Assembly: GCA_963664015.2 (NCBI GenBank)
Contig: CAXXLF010000002.1
Coordinates: 544,001-608,000, forward strand
DNA from: Candidatus Binatia bacterium
Lineage (GTDB): Bacteria > Desulfobacterota > Binatia > UBA9968 > CAXXLF01
Direction: 5' to 3'
DNA: 64,000 bases
This document shows, piece after piece, positions 41,002-50,361 of the stretch (positions are counted from its first letter, which is position 1; each line of letters opens with the position of its first letter). The notes beneath the pieces are model-generated. The model searched no databases. It saw only the letters and a program-made list of their open reading frames with translations, and was not told where the DNA came from. A program made the position numbers and the translations under genes.

Positions 41002-43296
41002 CTATTTCTTGATGACGCCGAGGCCGCGCAGCACCTTTTCGGGGGAAAACGGTATGGAGCGGATGCGGACACCCACCGCGTCGAATATAGCATTGCCCAC
41101 GGCAGGCGCTACGCAGGGAATCGAGACCTGGGCGATAGCCTTGGAACCGAAAGGTCCGGGGCCATCACCGTTTTCTAGAATGATAGAACGAAACGACTGG
41201 GGAAAATCGGTCATCAACGGTAACCGGTACTGAAAAGGGTCGGCGTTTTGCAGTTGGCCTTCCTGGTACACAAGTTCTTCGAACAGGCACTGCCCCAATC
41301 CCATGACCGATCCGCCGTCGATCTGGCCCTTAGCCGACGGGTAGTGCAGGATCTTTCCCGCATCGGCGACAGTGGCAAACTGAAGCAAGCGGATCTCCCC
41401 GGTCTCCCGATCGACTTCAATCTCGACGGCCGCGACACCCGGAGCCCAGTGGTCGTGACCACCGAAGCTAGAGTGGCCGGTACGAACCGGTTGATAGTTG
41501 CCCAATCCCAGCAGAGGCGTCATTCCATCGGCAGCACGATGAACCTGCTCGAAGGTCAGACTGACCCCGTCACGTGAGATCTTGCCACCCTCGGCATGCC
41601 ACTCTTCAGGGCTGCCACCCTTGGCCCGGGCTGCCGCCGCTGCCATCTTCTGCAGGAGCTCCTTACAGGCCGAGTGCACGGCACCGCCCATCTGCAGGGT
41701 GGTGCGCTGAGAACTCGTTCCGGAAAACTTCAACTTGTTGTCGGTATCCGGTTCCCCCACGCGAACCTGGCTCTGGGAGACACCGAGGGTATCCGCCGCC
41801 ACAACGCTGATCATCGTATAGGCACCTTCGCCGACATCCGGGGCATTGTGCGAGATCGTGACCGTCCCATCGGAATCGAGCGTCGCCATGGCTTCGGCCG
41901 TACCGACGTGAGAACCACGACGCATGGAGACCGACAGCCCACGCCCCCTCACAACCTTCCCCGAAGATGCGGGATCTTCTTTTTTCGCCTCATGACGATT
42001 CCACCCGATGGCGTTCATCGCATGATCGATGAGTTGGTCGAGATGGGTGTCTACCGGCGGCGTGACCGCTTTGGACTCCTGACCGCTTCGCCGCCACATA
42101 TCCGGGGCAATGAACTCACCCCAACGGAGCAGGTTCTTCAAGCGGAACTCCACCGGATCCACCCCCATCCTGCGGGCGATGTTATCCATGGCGCAGTCCA
42201 CGGCAAAGGTTGTTTGGTTTTTTCCCGTGTTGCGAAAGGGACCGCATGGGACCTTGTTGGTAAAAACCGTCCGTGCCTTGACCCGGAAGTGAGGGACCCG
42301 AAAGCCACCCATGGACGAGGTCATGATATTGTTGGTGATGATCGTCGCCCCTGTATAGTAGCCGCCGGTGTCGATAACTACCTCGACGTCGAGTCCCATA
42401 ATGGTCCCGTCGGCCTTCACCCCGACCTGGGCCTTGTATACGGTCGCGTCCCGGGCCGAGGCGCGAAAGCTCTCCTCATCGGTGACGACATACTTGATAG
42501 GCCGCTTGATCCGACGCGATAGCTCGGCCGCTATGAGCGCCTCTTCTGACTGGTCCTTGGCACCGAAGTTTCCACCGACAAACGGGACCCGTACGCGAAC
42601 CTGTTGCTGCTTGAGACCAAAATGGTGCACGGCCGTGTCGGCCACCCGGTGGGGGCTGTTAGTGGGCACCCAGAGATCTAGCTGTTCGCCGTGAAAATCA
42701 ACCAGGGCGGAACTGGCGGCCTCCATGGGATGGTGATAGACGTTGGGGCAGCTGTAGACTTCCTCAAAGACATGATCGGCTTCCTTGAGCGCCTGGTCGA
42801 TGTCCCCCCATTCCATAATATCTTCGCGCGCCAGGTTCGTCCCGTGTTTCTCGTGGACCAGGGGGGCACCGGGAGCCAGGGCCTCATCAGCGGTAAAGAC
42901 CGGCGGCAACAACTCGTACTGGACATCGACCAGAGAGGCCGCGTAGCGTGCCGTGCGCAGGTCCTCGGCGGCAACCATACCGACAAAGTCCCCGTCGAAC
43001 CGGACCTTGTCCATCTCGATATCGAGCTGATCACCGGCAGCCCGGGTGAGGTTAAGGTGGGTCGGGCCATACTCCTGTGCCCGGATCACGCCAAACACTC
43101 CGGGTAAACCCTCGGCTACCGACGTATCGATGGACACGATATGTGCGTGGGAGTATGGGCTTCGAAAGGCCGCGGCGTAGGCCATACCAGGAAGGTCGGG
43201 AAGATCCTCCACATACTTGGCTCTGCCGGTCACCTTATCGAGTGCATCGACACGTACGTGCTGGCTTTTTCCTTCAGTCGAACTACTCATAGTCAT
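41002..43296 (-). CDS. Xanthine dehydrogenase-family molybdopterin-binding large subunit
   Basis: DKVTG, RSPYSHA, VGGNFGAK, PFRNTG, GQIDGG and GSKAIAQ motifs. Confidence 0.92.
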   Translation of the reverse strand: MTMSSSTEGKSQHVRVDALDKVTGRAKYVEDLPDLPGMAYAAAFRSPYSHAHIVSIDTSVAEGLPGVFGVIRAQEYGPTHLNLTRAAGDQLDIEMDKVRFDGDFVGMVAAEDLRTARYAASLVDVQYELLPPVFTADEALAPGAPLVHEKHGTNLAREDIMEWGDIDQALKEADHVFEEVYSCPNVYHHPMEAASSALVDFHGEQLDLWVPTNSPHRVADTAVHHFGLKQQQVRVRVPFVGGNFGAKDQSEEALIAAELSRRIKRPIKYVVTDEESFRASARDATVYKAQVGVKADGTIMGLDVEVVIDTGGYYTGATIITNNIMTSSMGGFRVPHFRVKARTVFTNKVPCGPFRNTGKNQTTFAVDCAMDNIARRMGVDPVEFRLKNLLRWGEFIAPDMWRRSGQESKAVTPPVDTHLDQLIDHAMNAIGWNRHEAKKEDPASSGKVVRGRGLSVSMRRGSHVGTAEAMATLDSDGTVTISHNAPDVGEGAYTMISVVAADTLGVSQSQVRVGEPDTDNKLKFSGTSSQRTTLQMGGAVHSACKELLQKMAAAAARAKGGSPEEWHAEGGKISRDGVSLTFEQVHRAADGMTPLLGLGNYQPVRTGHSSFGGHDHWAPGVAAVEIEVDRETGEIRLLQFATVADAGKILHYPSAKGQIDGGSVMGLGQCLFEELVYQEGQLQNADPFQYRLPLMTDFPQSFRSIILENGDGPGPFGSKAIAQVSIPCVAPAVGNAIFDAVGVRIRSIPFSPEKVLRGLGVIKK

Positions 43297-43421
43297 GTCC
43301 TAACCTTGATGTGCAATAATTGCTATTTCCTCTTGGACAACGGGTTCGCGCTGCAATCCTCCCAGATGTCCACCGCTTGACCGCCCTAGCTTAGCGGATT
43401 GGCGAGGCTATTTTTCGGCAG

Positions 43422-43450
43422 AGCCTATCCGATAGGGTGCTTCAAGTCAA
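43422..43450 (-). promoter_or_regulatory. Possible sigma70-type promoter for the Mo-subunit gene
   Basis: Minus strand TTGACT-17 nt-TAGGCT. Confidence 0.45.
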
Positions 43451-43471
43451 TGAAACCGGCTTGCAAGAATC

Positions 43472-44227
43472 CTACCCTTTAGAACCCGATTGATGGTGTG
43501 CACTGGATTTCGGGGCGCCTTTTTCCGCGTCGGCGGCGTTTGGAAGGTATCCCATGGCCTTATAATAATCCTCGATGGCTTTTGCACCCGAGCGGCGATA
43601 CACCCGCTCACGGAGAACCGGGTCCATGGGAATCCAATGGAGCCTTTCGGATCGTCCCTTGCGAATGATGGGCACCTTACGGGATTCCATATCGGTCAGG
43701 TTGAGGAGGCTATCGCACATCCCTTTCAGTTCCGTGGCATCGGCCCAATCGGATTTGTAGACTACGACCCCATCGCGATCCACCAGATAACTCATATTGG
43801 ACTTCTGGCCGTAGGCCCGATGCACGCTACCCTTCAAATCGTCCACAAGAATTGGGATCTTCACCTTTTCCATTTTCCGCAGCCTCCGGGCTTGGCTGTG
43901 CTTTTGCTCAAGGGATGTATGATGCGGAAAATTCTCCCCCGGGTGCGCCTCACGGGTGTAGATGATGAGGCACTCGAACCCTTCGAAGCGATACTCATCG
44001 TAGATCTTCGTAAGCGGGGAAACCTCCCCCACAAAGGGAGGTCAAGTAATACTGCCGAATTCAAGAATTACATGACTTTTGCCCTGAAAATAGGAGAGCG
44101 AGACGTTGCGCCCATCGAGGTCGGGCAACGTAAAATCCGGGGCCGGCTCCCCAATTGGAGCCACCGACCAGAAGTCGGGCCCTCCCACACTACCTCTACC
44201 GTAGGACTGGCGGTTATAGGTATCCAT
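43472..44227 (-). CDS. Iodothyronine-deiodinase-like thioredoxin-fold selenoprotein (Sec at codon 62)
   Basis: ORFs 44042-44227 and 43472-44032 share a frame; the join reads APDFTL...LEFGSIT-UGA-PPF...YTREAHP; RBS GGAGG. Confidence 0.9.
44014..44032 (-). promoter_or_regulatory. Candidate bacterial SECIS hairpin
   Basis: GUGGGGGA-GGU-UUCCCCGC, starting 9 nt after the UGA, G-first apical loop. Confidence 0.7.
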
Positions 44228-44308
44228 TGCATCCTCCTGGACTTATCCTTAAAAATCCCAGAGACTAACACCCGGTTTCTAAACCCATACTGCATGATAA
44301 AATCCGTC

Positions 44309-46051
44309 TCATGGGGCCAACAACGAATCTTCACCTTGTTTTGACAGGCGGACGTCGACAATTCGTAGCTGCGCCGATGAGTTCCCGTTCCACAGGTTCT
44401 CGCTCAAACGATAAACGAGATCAATGGTAGCTCCCTGTTGTCCCGGGAAATCGTTTCCCACACCGAAGCAGACGGCGTTCAACGAACTCCCACCCTGGCA
44501 CAGCTTGAACCGGAGCCCGCCCCTGATTTCCCTGCGTTCGACAACCTCTACCTCCCGTGTCATAAGTAATGGTTCAGGATTACCGACCCCGAATGGCTGA
44601 AGCTGCTGGAGCTCGCGCGCCACAGAGAGGCCGATCTCGGAAAAATCGACCTGGGCATCTACTTCGAGAAATGGAATCATATCCTCGGCGCTGAGCTGGG
44701 AGCGGGCAGCGTCCTCAAACCGATCGGCGAAAACCTTCAGCTTATCCTGCCGGATACTGAGTCCTCCGGCATATTCGTGACCACCAAACTTCTCAAGATG
44801 CTCCGCACAGTTTCGGAGCGCCTCCACCATATGGAGGCCGCGAATGCTGCGCCCGGATCCCTTGCCCTCGCCCTGGGTGAAACCGATTACGACGGTGGGC
44901 CGGTGATGGCGTTCGACAATGCGGGAAGCGACGATCCCCAGCACTCCAGGATGCCAGCCCTCCGCCCCCACGACGATGGACTTCCGATCCAGAAGGAGCC
45001 CATCCCTGTCGATCTGCTCCAGAGCCGACACCAGGACCCGGCCTTCCATCTCTCTCCGGTCCTTGTTGTTCTGGTCCAGCTCCTGTGCGATGCGCCGGGC
45101 ATCTTCCTGTGACTCGGTCGTAAGCATCTCGACAACCTTGAGAGCTGCATCCATTCGCCCTCCGGCATTGATGCGCGGCCCGAGGTGAAAGCCTACCTGA
45201 CCCGCATTTACGCTGTCCGCAGTGATCCCAGCCACCTCCTTCAAGGCACGGATCCCGGGCCGGCTCGATTGACCCAACTCGTCAAGCCCCCGTCGGGTCA
45301 GGACTCGGTTGATTCCCCGGAGAGGCACCATATCGGCAATGGTGCCAAGGGTAACAACGTCTAGATAGCGCCTGATGTCGGGAGCGGCTCCAGGGCTGAA
45401 TTTTCCCATTTCCCTGAGCTTCGCCCGAAGTCCAATAATCAGATAGAAGGCAAGGCCCGCGCCGGAGAGTCCCTTATCGGGGAACGGACAATCGGACCTG
45501 TGAGGATTCAGAACCGCAACCGCCGGGGGAAGCTCCGGTGGTGGTTGGTGGTGATCGACAACGATCACGTCGAGACCCATCTCCCGCGCCCGCTTAACCT
45601 CTTCCCCATTGGAAATGCCGCAGTCTACGGAGACAACCAGCCCTACCCCCCGAGCCTTTAGACGCTCCAAACCTTGCGAATTAAGCCCGTAACCCTCGTC
45701 AATGCGGTGGGGAATATAAAAGATCGGACTCCCCCCGATCTCTCTCAAGAAGGAGACCAGGGTGGAAACCCCGGTCGTACCGTCCACGTCGTAATCACCC
45801 CAGACACAGATAAGCTCCCCCTTTTCGAGGGCGACGCTCAAGCGTTGGACCGCCCGGTCCATATCGGCCATTAAAAACGGTGAAGGGAGATCGTTGCGTA
45901 GGCTGGAGTGGAGGAAGGTTCGCGCCGACTGGGGGTCCGTCAGACCCCGGTGAAAGAGAATCCGTGCGACAAGCAAAGGTACATGAAGGACTTGAGAAAG
46001 GCTCGAAACACTCGCTTCGCCTGCCTCTCTCAGAATCCAGCGTTTTTCCAT
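44309..46051 (-). CDS. recJ: ssDNA exonuclease RecJ
   Basis: GDYDVDG, DCG, DHH, PRINAGGR and FGGH motifs. Confidence 0.97.
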   Translation of the reverse strand: MEKRWILREAGEASVSSLSQVLHVPLLVARILFHRGLTDPQSARTFLHSSLRNDLPSPFLMADMDRAVQRLSVALEKGELICVWGDYDVDGTTGVSTLVSFLREIGGSPIFYIPHRIDEGYGLNSQGLERLKARGVGLVVSVDCGISNGEEVKRAREMGLDVIVVDHHQPPPELPPAVAVLNPHRSDCPFPDKGLSGAGLAFYLIIGLRAKLREMGKFSPGAAPDIRRYLDVVTLGTIADMVPLRGINRVLTRRGLDELGQSSRPGIRALKEVAGITADSVNAGQVGFHLGPRINAGGRMDAALKVVEMLTTESQEDARRIAQELDQNNKDRREMEGRVLVSALEQIDRDGLLLDRKSIVVGAEGWHPGVLGIVASRIVERHHRPTVVIGFTQGEGKGSGRSIRGLHMVEALRNCAEHLEKFGGHEYAGGLSIRQDKLKVFADRFEDAARSQLSAEDMIPFLEVDAQVDFSEIGLSVARELQQLQPFGVGNPEPLLMTREVEVVERREIRGGLRFKLCQGGSSLNAVCFGVGNDFPGQQGATIDLVYRLSENLWNGNSSAQLRIVDVRLSKQGEDSLLAP

Positions 46052-46055
46052 CGCC

Positions 46056-46985
46056 TCACCTTCTCTTACCCTTAGTCTTCTCGCTCAGAAGAATCACCGG
46101 TGTGGCAATAAAGATCGTGGAGTAGACACCGGATATAAACCCGACCATAAGCGCAAAGGCGAAGGGACGGATGACGCCCCCTCCAAGCACGAGCAGGGCA
46201 ACAAGGACGACCAGCGACGTGCCGGTAGTGATGACCGTGCGGCTGAGAGTCTCATTGATGCTCATGTTGATGATCTTTTCTAGCGGCTCTCTCCGCAGCT
46301 TGCGCATATTTTCCCGGATTCGGTCGGAGACCACCACCGTATCGTTAACCGAGTACCCGGCGATAGTGAGCAGCGCGGCAACGGTGGACAGGTCAAATTC
46401 GTAGTTAGCAATAACCAGCGCACCCACGGTAATCCACACGTCATGAATGAGGGCGGCAATAGCACCGAGGCCGAAACCGAGACCGAATCGGGCCCCGAAG
46501 CTGGATCCGAACCGGAGCCAGACATAAACCCCCATCATGATGGTAGCGGCAATGACCGACAGTGTCCCTCGCCGGCGCAGGTCTTTTCCCACCTTGGGCC
46601 CTACGTAGTCAACCCTGCGAATCTCGACCTGATCGGCGCCCAAACGTTCGACTAGCGCACTGCGAACCTGGGAGCCGATGGTCACCAATTGAGCCTCCGT
46701 CTTCTCCAGGCGGATGAGAAATTCTCCAGAGCCGACAGTGCCAAAGTCCTGCACCACCACATCACCCAACCCTGAACTACCCAGGATATCGCGGATCTCA
46801 CCGATGGTCACCTGCTGGGGTACCCTGACGTGCACCATGGTGCCGCCGGCAAAGTCGACGCCGATATTTGGACCTTTGATCAGGAGCAGGGCCAGGACAC
46901 CGAGCCCCAGCAATCCGGAGAGGATAAAGGCTACGAAACGATAACTGAGAAACGGAATTTGAGTATCTGATTTGATGAGTTCCAT
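46056..46985 (-). CDS. secF: Protein translocase subunit SecF
   Basis: GVDFAGG, VGPKVG, HD and GYSVNDTVVVSDRIRE motifs. Confidence 0.97.
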   Translation of the reverse strand: MELIKSDTQIPFLSYRFVAFILSGLLGLGVLALLLIKGPNIGVDFAGGTMVHVRVPQQVTIGEIRDILGSSGLGDVVVQDFGTVGSGEFLIRLEKTEAQLVTIGSQVRSALVERLGADQVEIRRVDYVGPKVGKDLRRRGTLSVIAATIMMGVYVWLRFGSSFGARFGLGFGLGAIAALIHDVWITVGALVIANYEFDLSTVAALLTIAGYSVNDTVVVSDRIRENMRKLRREPLEKIINMSINETLSRTVITTGTSLVVLVALLVLGGGVIRPFAFALMVGFISGVYSTIFIATPVILLSEKTKGKRR

Positions 46986-46996
46986 AAGAAGATTTC

Positions 46997-48613
46997 CTAA
47001 ACGCTGAGCCGGCTCAACTTCCTTCCCGCCAACCGACAGTCGTAGTAGATCCGGGTTCCAAAGAAGGCCGTCAGCACCGTGGTCACGATACCCACGCAGA
47101 GGGTGACGGCGAATCCCTTGATCGGCCCGGTTCCGAACTGAAACAGGATGACGCCGGCGAGAAAAGTCGTGATGTTGGAGTCCAGGATAGCCGGCAATGC
47201 CCGCTCATAACCGGATTCAACAGCCGCTCGGGGTCCCTTTCCGAGCCGGACTTCTTCCCGGATCCGCTCATTTATGAGCACGTTGGCATCCACGGCCATT
47301 CCCATAGTCAGGATAATCCCGCCGATGCCGGGTAAGGTCAAAACCGCTTCAAAGCCCGCAAGGATCGCGAGCACCAACAGGACATTGACCACCAACGCCA
47401 CATCCGCCAAGAGACCGGCACCCTTATAATAGGCGAATATAAGGAGAAGCAGTAGGCAGCTCCCGACAATAAAGGAACGGATACCCTGTTCGATGGAATC
47501 ACGCCCGAGGGAAGGGCCAACGGTCCGCTCTTCCAATATCTCCACGGGGGCCGGCAGCGAACCGGCCCTCAGCACGATGGCAAGGTCGCGGGCCTCCTGA
47601 AAGGTGAAACTGCCCGTGATCGAGGCCACCCCACCCCCGATGCGGTCCTGGATGACCGGCGCCGAATAGACCCGATTGTCGAGAATGATCGCCAGGCGCC
47701 GCTTCACGTTTTCCCCGGTGATCCTTTCGAAGACCCGGGCGCCAGCCGAATTGAAAGACATCTCCACGTAGGGCCCCTCCAACTGGCCTCCGGGACGGAC
47801 CATAGCGTCCTTGATGGTGTCGCCGGTCATAAGAGTCCTCGACTCCAGGAGCCAAGGCACCTTGGCTCCACCTAGGCCACCTAGGCCCCCATCGAGCCGT
47901 TTGGGGGTGCCGTAGAGGATCTGGCGCCCCGGCGGCACGCCGTCACGAACGGCGTCCTCCGCATCCCGGGTGTCGTCCACGAGCTTGAACTCGAGAACTG
48001 CGGTCTTGCCGATCAGCTCCTTGGCGCGCTCCGGGTTCTCTTCGCCGGGAAGCTGGATCAGGATGTTGTTCTGGCCCTGACGCTGGATCGTGGGCTCCCT
48101 GACGCCGTATTGGTCGATACGATTACGGATAGTCTCAAGGGCCTGATCCACCGTATTGGTCTTGATGTCGCGGACCTCCCGCTTGTCAAGACCGAGAAGG
48201 AAACTGGTACCGGCGGTCCCCGGATCCGTGTTCGTCACGATGAGGTTAGGGGCATCGCTCTTCAAGAGGGCCCGTGCCGCCTGCACGTTTTGCGCCGAGA
48301 CCTTTAGGAGAAGCCTGGACCCGGGCGCCCTTTCCAGCAGATCGAACTTGATACTTTTTTCTTTGAACAGCCGCGCCAGATCCTCCCGAAGACGATCCAG
48401 AGCGTTGTCTACTGCCCTATCCACCTTCACCTCGAGGATCAGGTGCATCCCGCCTTGAAGGTCAAGGCCGCGGCGGATCTCATCAGTAGGTAAAAACCCC
48501 GACCACCAACCAGGCAGGTTCTTTTCACCGACATAGGTCGGCACCAGATAGACCGCCGAGGCACAAACCGAAATCAGTAGGATGGAAATTCGAACGAGTA
48601 GTCCCTGTGACAT
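46997..48613 (-). CDS. secD: Protein translocase subunit SecD
   Basis: GLDLQGG, RAGSLPAP, VGPSLG and DANVLINERIRE motifs. Confidence 0.97.
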   Translation of the reverse strand: MSQGLLVRISILLISVCASAVYLVPTYVGEKNLPGWWSGFLPTDEIRRGLDLQGGMHLILEVKVDRAVDNALDRLREDLARLFKEKSIKFDLLERAPGSRLLLKVSAQNVQAARALLKSDAPNLIVTNTDPGTAGTSFLLGLDKREVRDIKTNTVDQALETIRNRIDQYGVREPTIQRQGQNNILIQLPGEENPERAKELIGKTAVLEFKLVDDTRDAEDAVRDGVPPGRQILYGTPKRLDGGLGGLGGAKVPWLLESRTLMTGDTIKDAMVRPGGQLEGPYVEMSFNSAGARVFERITGENVKRRLAIILDNRVYSAPVIQDRIGGGVASITGSFTFQEARDLAIVLRAGSLPAPVEILEERTVGPSLGRDSIEQGIRSFIVGSCLLLLLIFAYYKGAGLLADVALVVNVLLVLAILAGFEAVLTLPGIGGIILTMGMAVDANVLINERIREEVRLGKGPRAAVESGYERALPAILDSNITTFLAGVILFQFGTGPIKGFAVTLCVGIVTTVLTAFFGTRIYYDCRLAGRKLSRLSV

Positions 48614-48614
48614 G

Positions 48615-48953
48615 TTACTGTGCTTTGGCCTCCTTCCCTGAAGCCTTTTCCAACTTGACGACGACCGAGACCTGAGGCCGGCTCACGCGGACCCTGACGT
48701 TCTGAGCCACTTCCAGCGTAATCACCGTATCCGTCAGAGCGACCACTTTACCGTAGAGCCCGCCAGCGGTCATGACTTCGTCGTTCTTTTTGAGCGCGGC
48801 AAGCATCTGCCGGTGCTCTTTGGTCTTCTTCTGCTGGGGGCGGATGAGAAGAAAGTAAAACACCACGAATATCAGGATCAAGGGAAACATCTGCCCCAGG
48901 AAAGGTATTCCCGAAGCGGCTTGGGCTGTCTGGACAAAAGCAACGTTTAACAT
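48615..48953 (-). CDS. yajC: Preprotein translocase subunit YajC
   Basis: FYFLLIRPQQKK...TAGGLYG; located between tgt and secD. Confidence 0.96.
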   Translation of the reverse strand: MLNVAFVQTAQAASGIPFLGQMFPLILIFVVFYFLLIRPQQKKTKEHRQMLAALKKNDEVMTAGGLYGKVVALTDTVITLEVAQNVRVRVSRPQVSVVVKLEKASGKEAKAQ

Positions 48954-50080
48954 GATGCCTCCTGTTCTGCTCCTTCTTCCATATCAGATTCCGGGCCCGA
49001 GGGCCAAAGTTTAGGCTTCTGTTCCCGGATCGCTTCACGCATCCTCTCCATCAGGCGATGATAGAAATAGAGATTATGCAGAGTATGGAGGCAAGCCGCA
49101 AGTATTTCCCGCGATTGAAAGAGATGCCTCAAATAGGCCCGGGAGAAGTTCTGGCAGCAATAGCACCCGCAGCTCTCGTCTATGGGGCGTTCGTCGCGAC
49201 TGTATTCCGCGCGCTTGATGCTGATCTTCCCATTAAAGGTAAAAAGGGTGCCGTTACGGGCGTTCCTTGTCGGAATCACGCAGTCGAAGAGATCGTAACC
49301 CTGCTGGACCGCAAAGATCAGGTCCTCCGGCCGGCCCATGCCCATCAAATATCTGGGGCGATCATCCGGCAGGAGCCCTGCGACTGCTCCCGAGACCTCC
49401 TTGAACAGGGCCTCCCCTTCCCCGATTCCCAACCCACCCACCGCGTAGCCATCGAAGGGAAGCTGCACCAGCTCCTCCACGCAACGTTCACGGAGGTCCA
49501 TATACACGCCTCCCTGCACGATGCCCAGGAGTCCCTGGCAGTCATCTCGTCGCGCGTCCAGGGAACGACGCGCCCAGCGCAGCGTCCTGTCCGTCGAAGC
49601 GCGAGTATACTCCCGACTGGCCGGGTACGGGATGCACTCATCAAGGACCATGGCAAGGTCGCTTCCCAGGGCTTCCTGGATTTCAACTATACGCTCCGGA
49701 GTGAACCGATGAGAGGAACCATCCAGATGGGATTGAAAGCTCACCCCTTCTTCGGAGATTTTCCGCAGCGCCCCAAGGCTGAAGACCTGATAGCCTCCGC
49801 TGTCGGTGAGGATGGGGCCGTCCCACGCAATGAAACGCTGCAGCCCGCCAAGGTCCCGAATCACCTCCACACCGGGACGGAGATAGAGATGGTAGGTGTT
49901 GGATAGAAGAATCTGGCAACCGATCTCCTTCAAGTCCCGCGGCGATACAGCCTTAACCGCTCCCTGGGTGCCTACGGGCATGAAAGCGGGGGTCTCTATA
50001 ACTCCGTGAACGGTCTCTAAGCGCCCCACACGGGCACGGGTCGCCGTGTCCTTTTTCAGTACAGTGAAGTTAAAAGCCAT
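48947..50080 (-). CDS. tgt: tRNA-guanine transglycosylase
   Basis: TPAFMPVGT, TDSGG, DCVIPTRNARNG and CxCxxC motifs. Confidence 0.98.
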   Translation of the reverse strand: MAFNFTVLKKDTATRARVGRLETVHGVIETPAFMPVGTQGAVKAVSPRDLKEIGCQILLSNTYHLYLRPGVEVIRDLGGLQRFIAWDGPILTDSGGYQVFSLGALRKISEEGVSFQSHLDGSSHRFTPERIVEIQEALGSDLAMVLDECIPYPASREYTRASTDRTLRWARRSLDARRDDCQGLLGIVQGGVYMDLRERCVEELVQLPFDGYAVGGLGIGEGEALFKEVSGAVAGLLPDDRPRYLMGMGRPEDLIFAVQQGYDLFDCVIPTRNARNGTLFTFNGKISIKRAEYSRDERPIDESCGCYCCQNFSRAYLRHLFQSREILAACLHTLHNLYFYHRLMERMREAIREQKPKLWPSGPESDMEEGAEQEASC

Positions 50081-50087
50081 TTGCCCT

Positions 50088-50360
50088 GATTTTAGATTTT
50101 TGATTAAAGCCTTAAGGGCATGTTTGATTGCTGATTTGAGATTTTAGATTGGCTCCAATTCCCCAGTTAGGACAGGCCAAAGCCAAACCCCGCAACTTGG
50201 GTTCTTCAATAATCTGTAATCGACAATCTAAAATCTAAGTTCTTCAATTCAAACTCTACAACCTAAAATTAGCTTCCCCCGATCTACAATCTCAATCTAA
50301 AATATTAAACTATTTTCCCGGATCACCAATTTAAAAACTTTACAATCTAAAATCCTAAAT
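50088..50360. repeat. AT-rich inverted heptamer arrays (GATTnnn / AATCnnn) in the queA-tgt spacer
   Basis: GATTTTA-GATTTTT-GATT, GATTGCT-GATTTGA-GATTTTA-GATT, AATCTGT-AATCGAC-AATCTAA-AATCTAA and further copies. Confidence 0.8.
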
Positions 50361-50361
50361 G

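Noticed and set aside
43490-44344. 284-aa plus-strand ORF
   Set aside because: Antisense shadow of the selenoprotein gene.
402-47000. Genome-wide TAG reassignment (genetic code 15 style)
   Set aside because: rplU, secD and several other intact genes end in TAG at their expected C-termini, and several TAG-containing genes also carry frameshifts.
47868-47887. 9-nt tandem duplication in secD (GGLGGLGG), and a similar one in the SPFH tail near 51561
   Set aside because: In-frame micro-duplications in probable flexible regions; no functional evidence.
50088-50360. CRISPR array
   Set aside because: Units are degenerate 7-mers without unique 30-40 nt spacers; no cas genes in the window.
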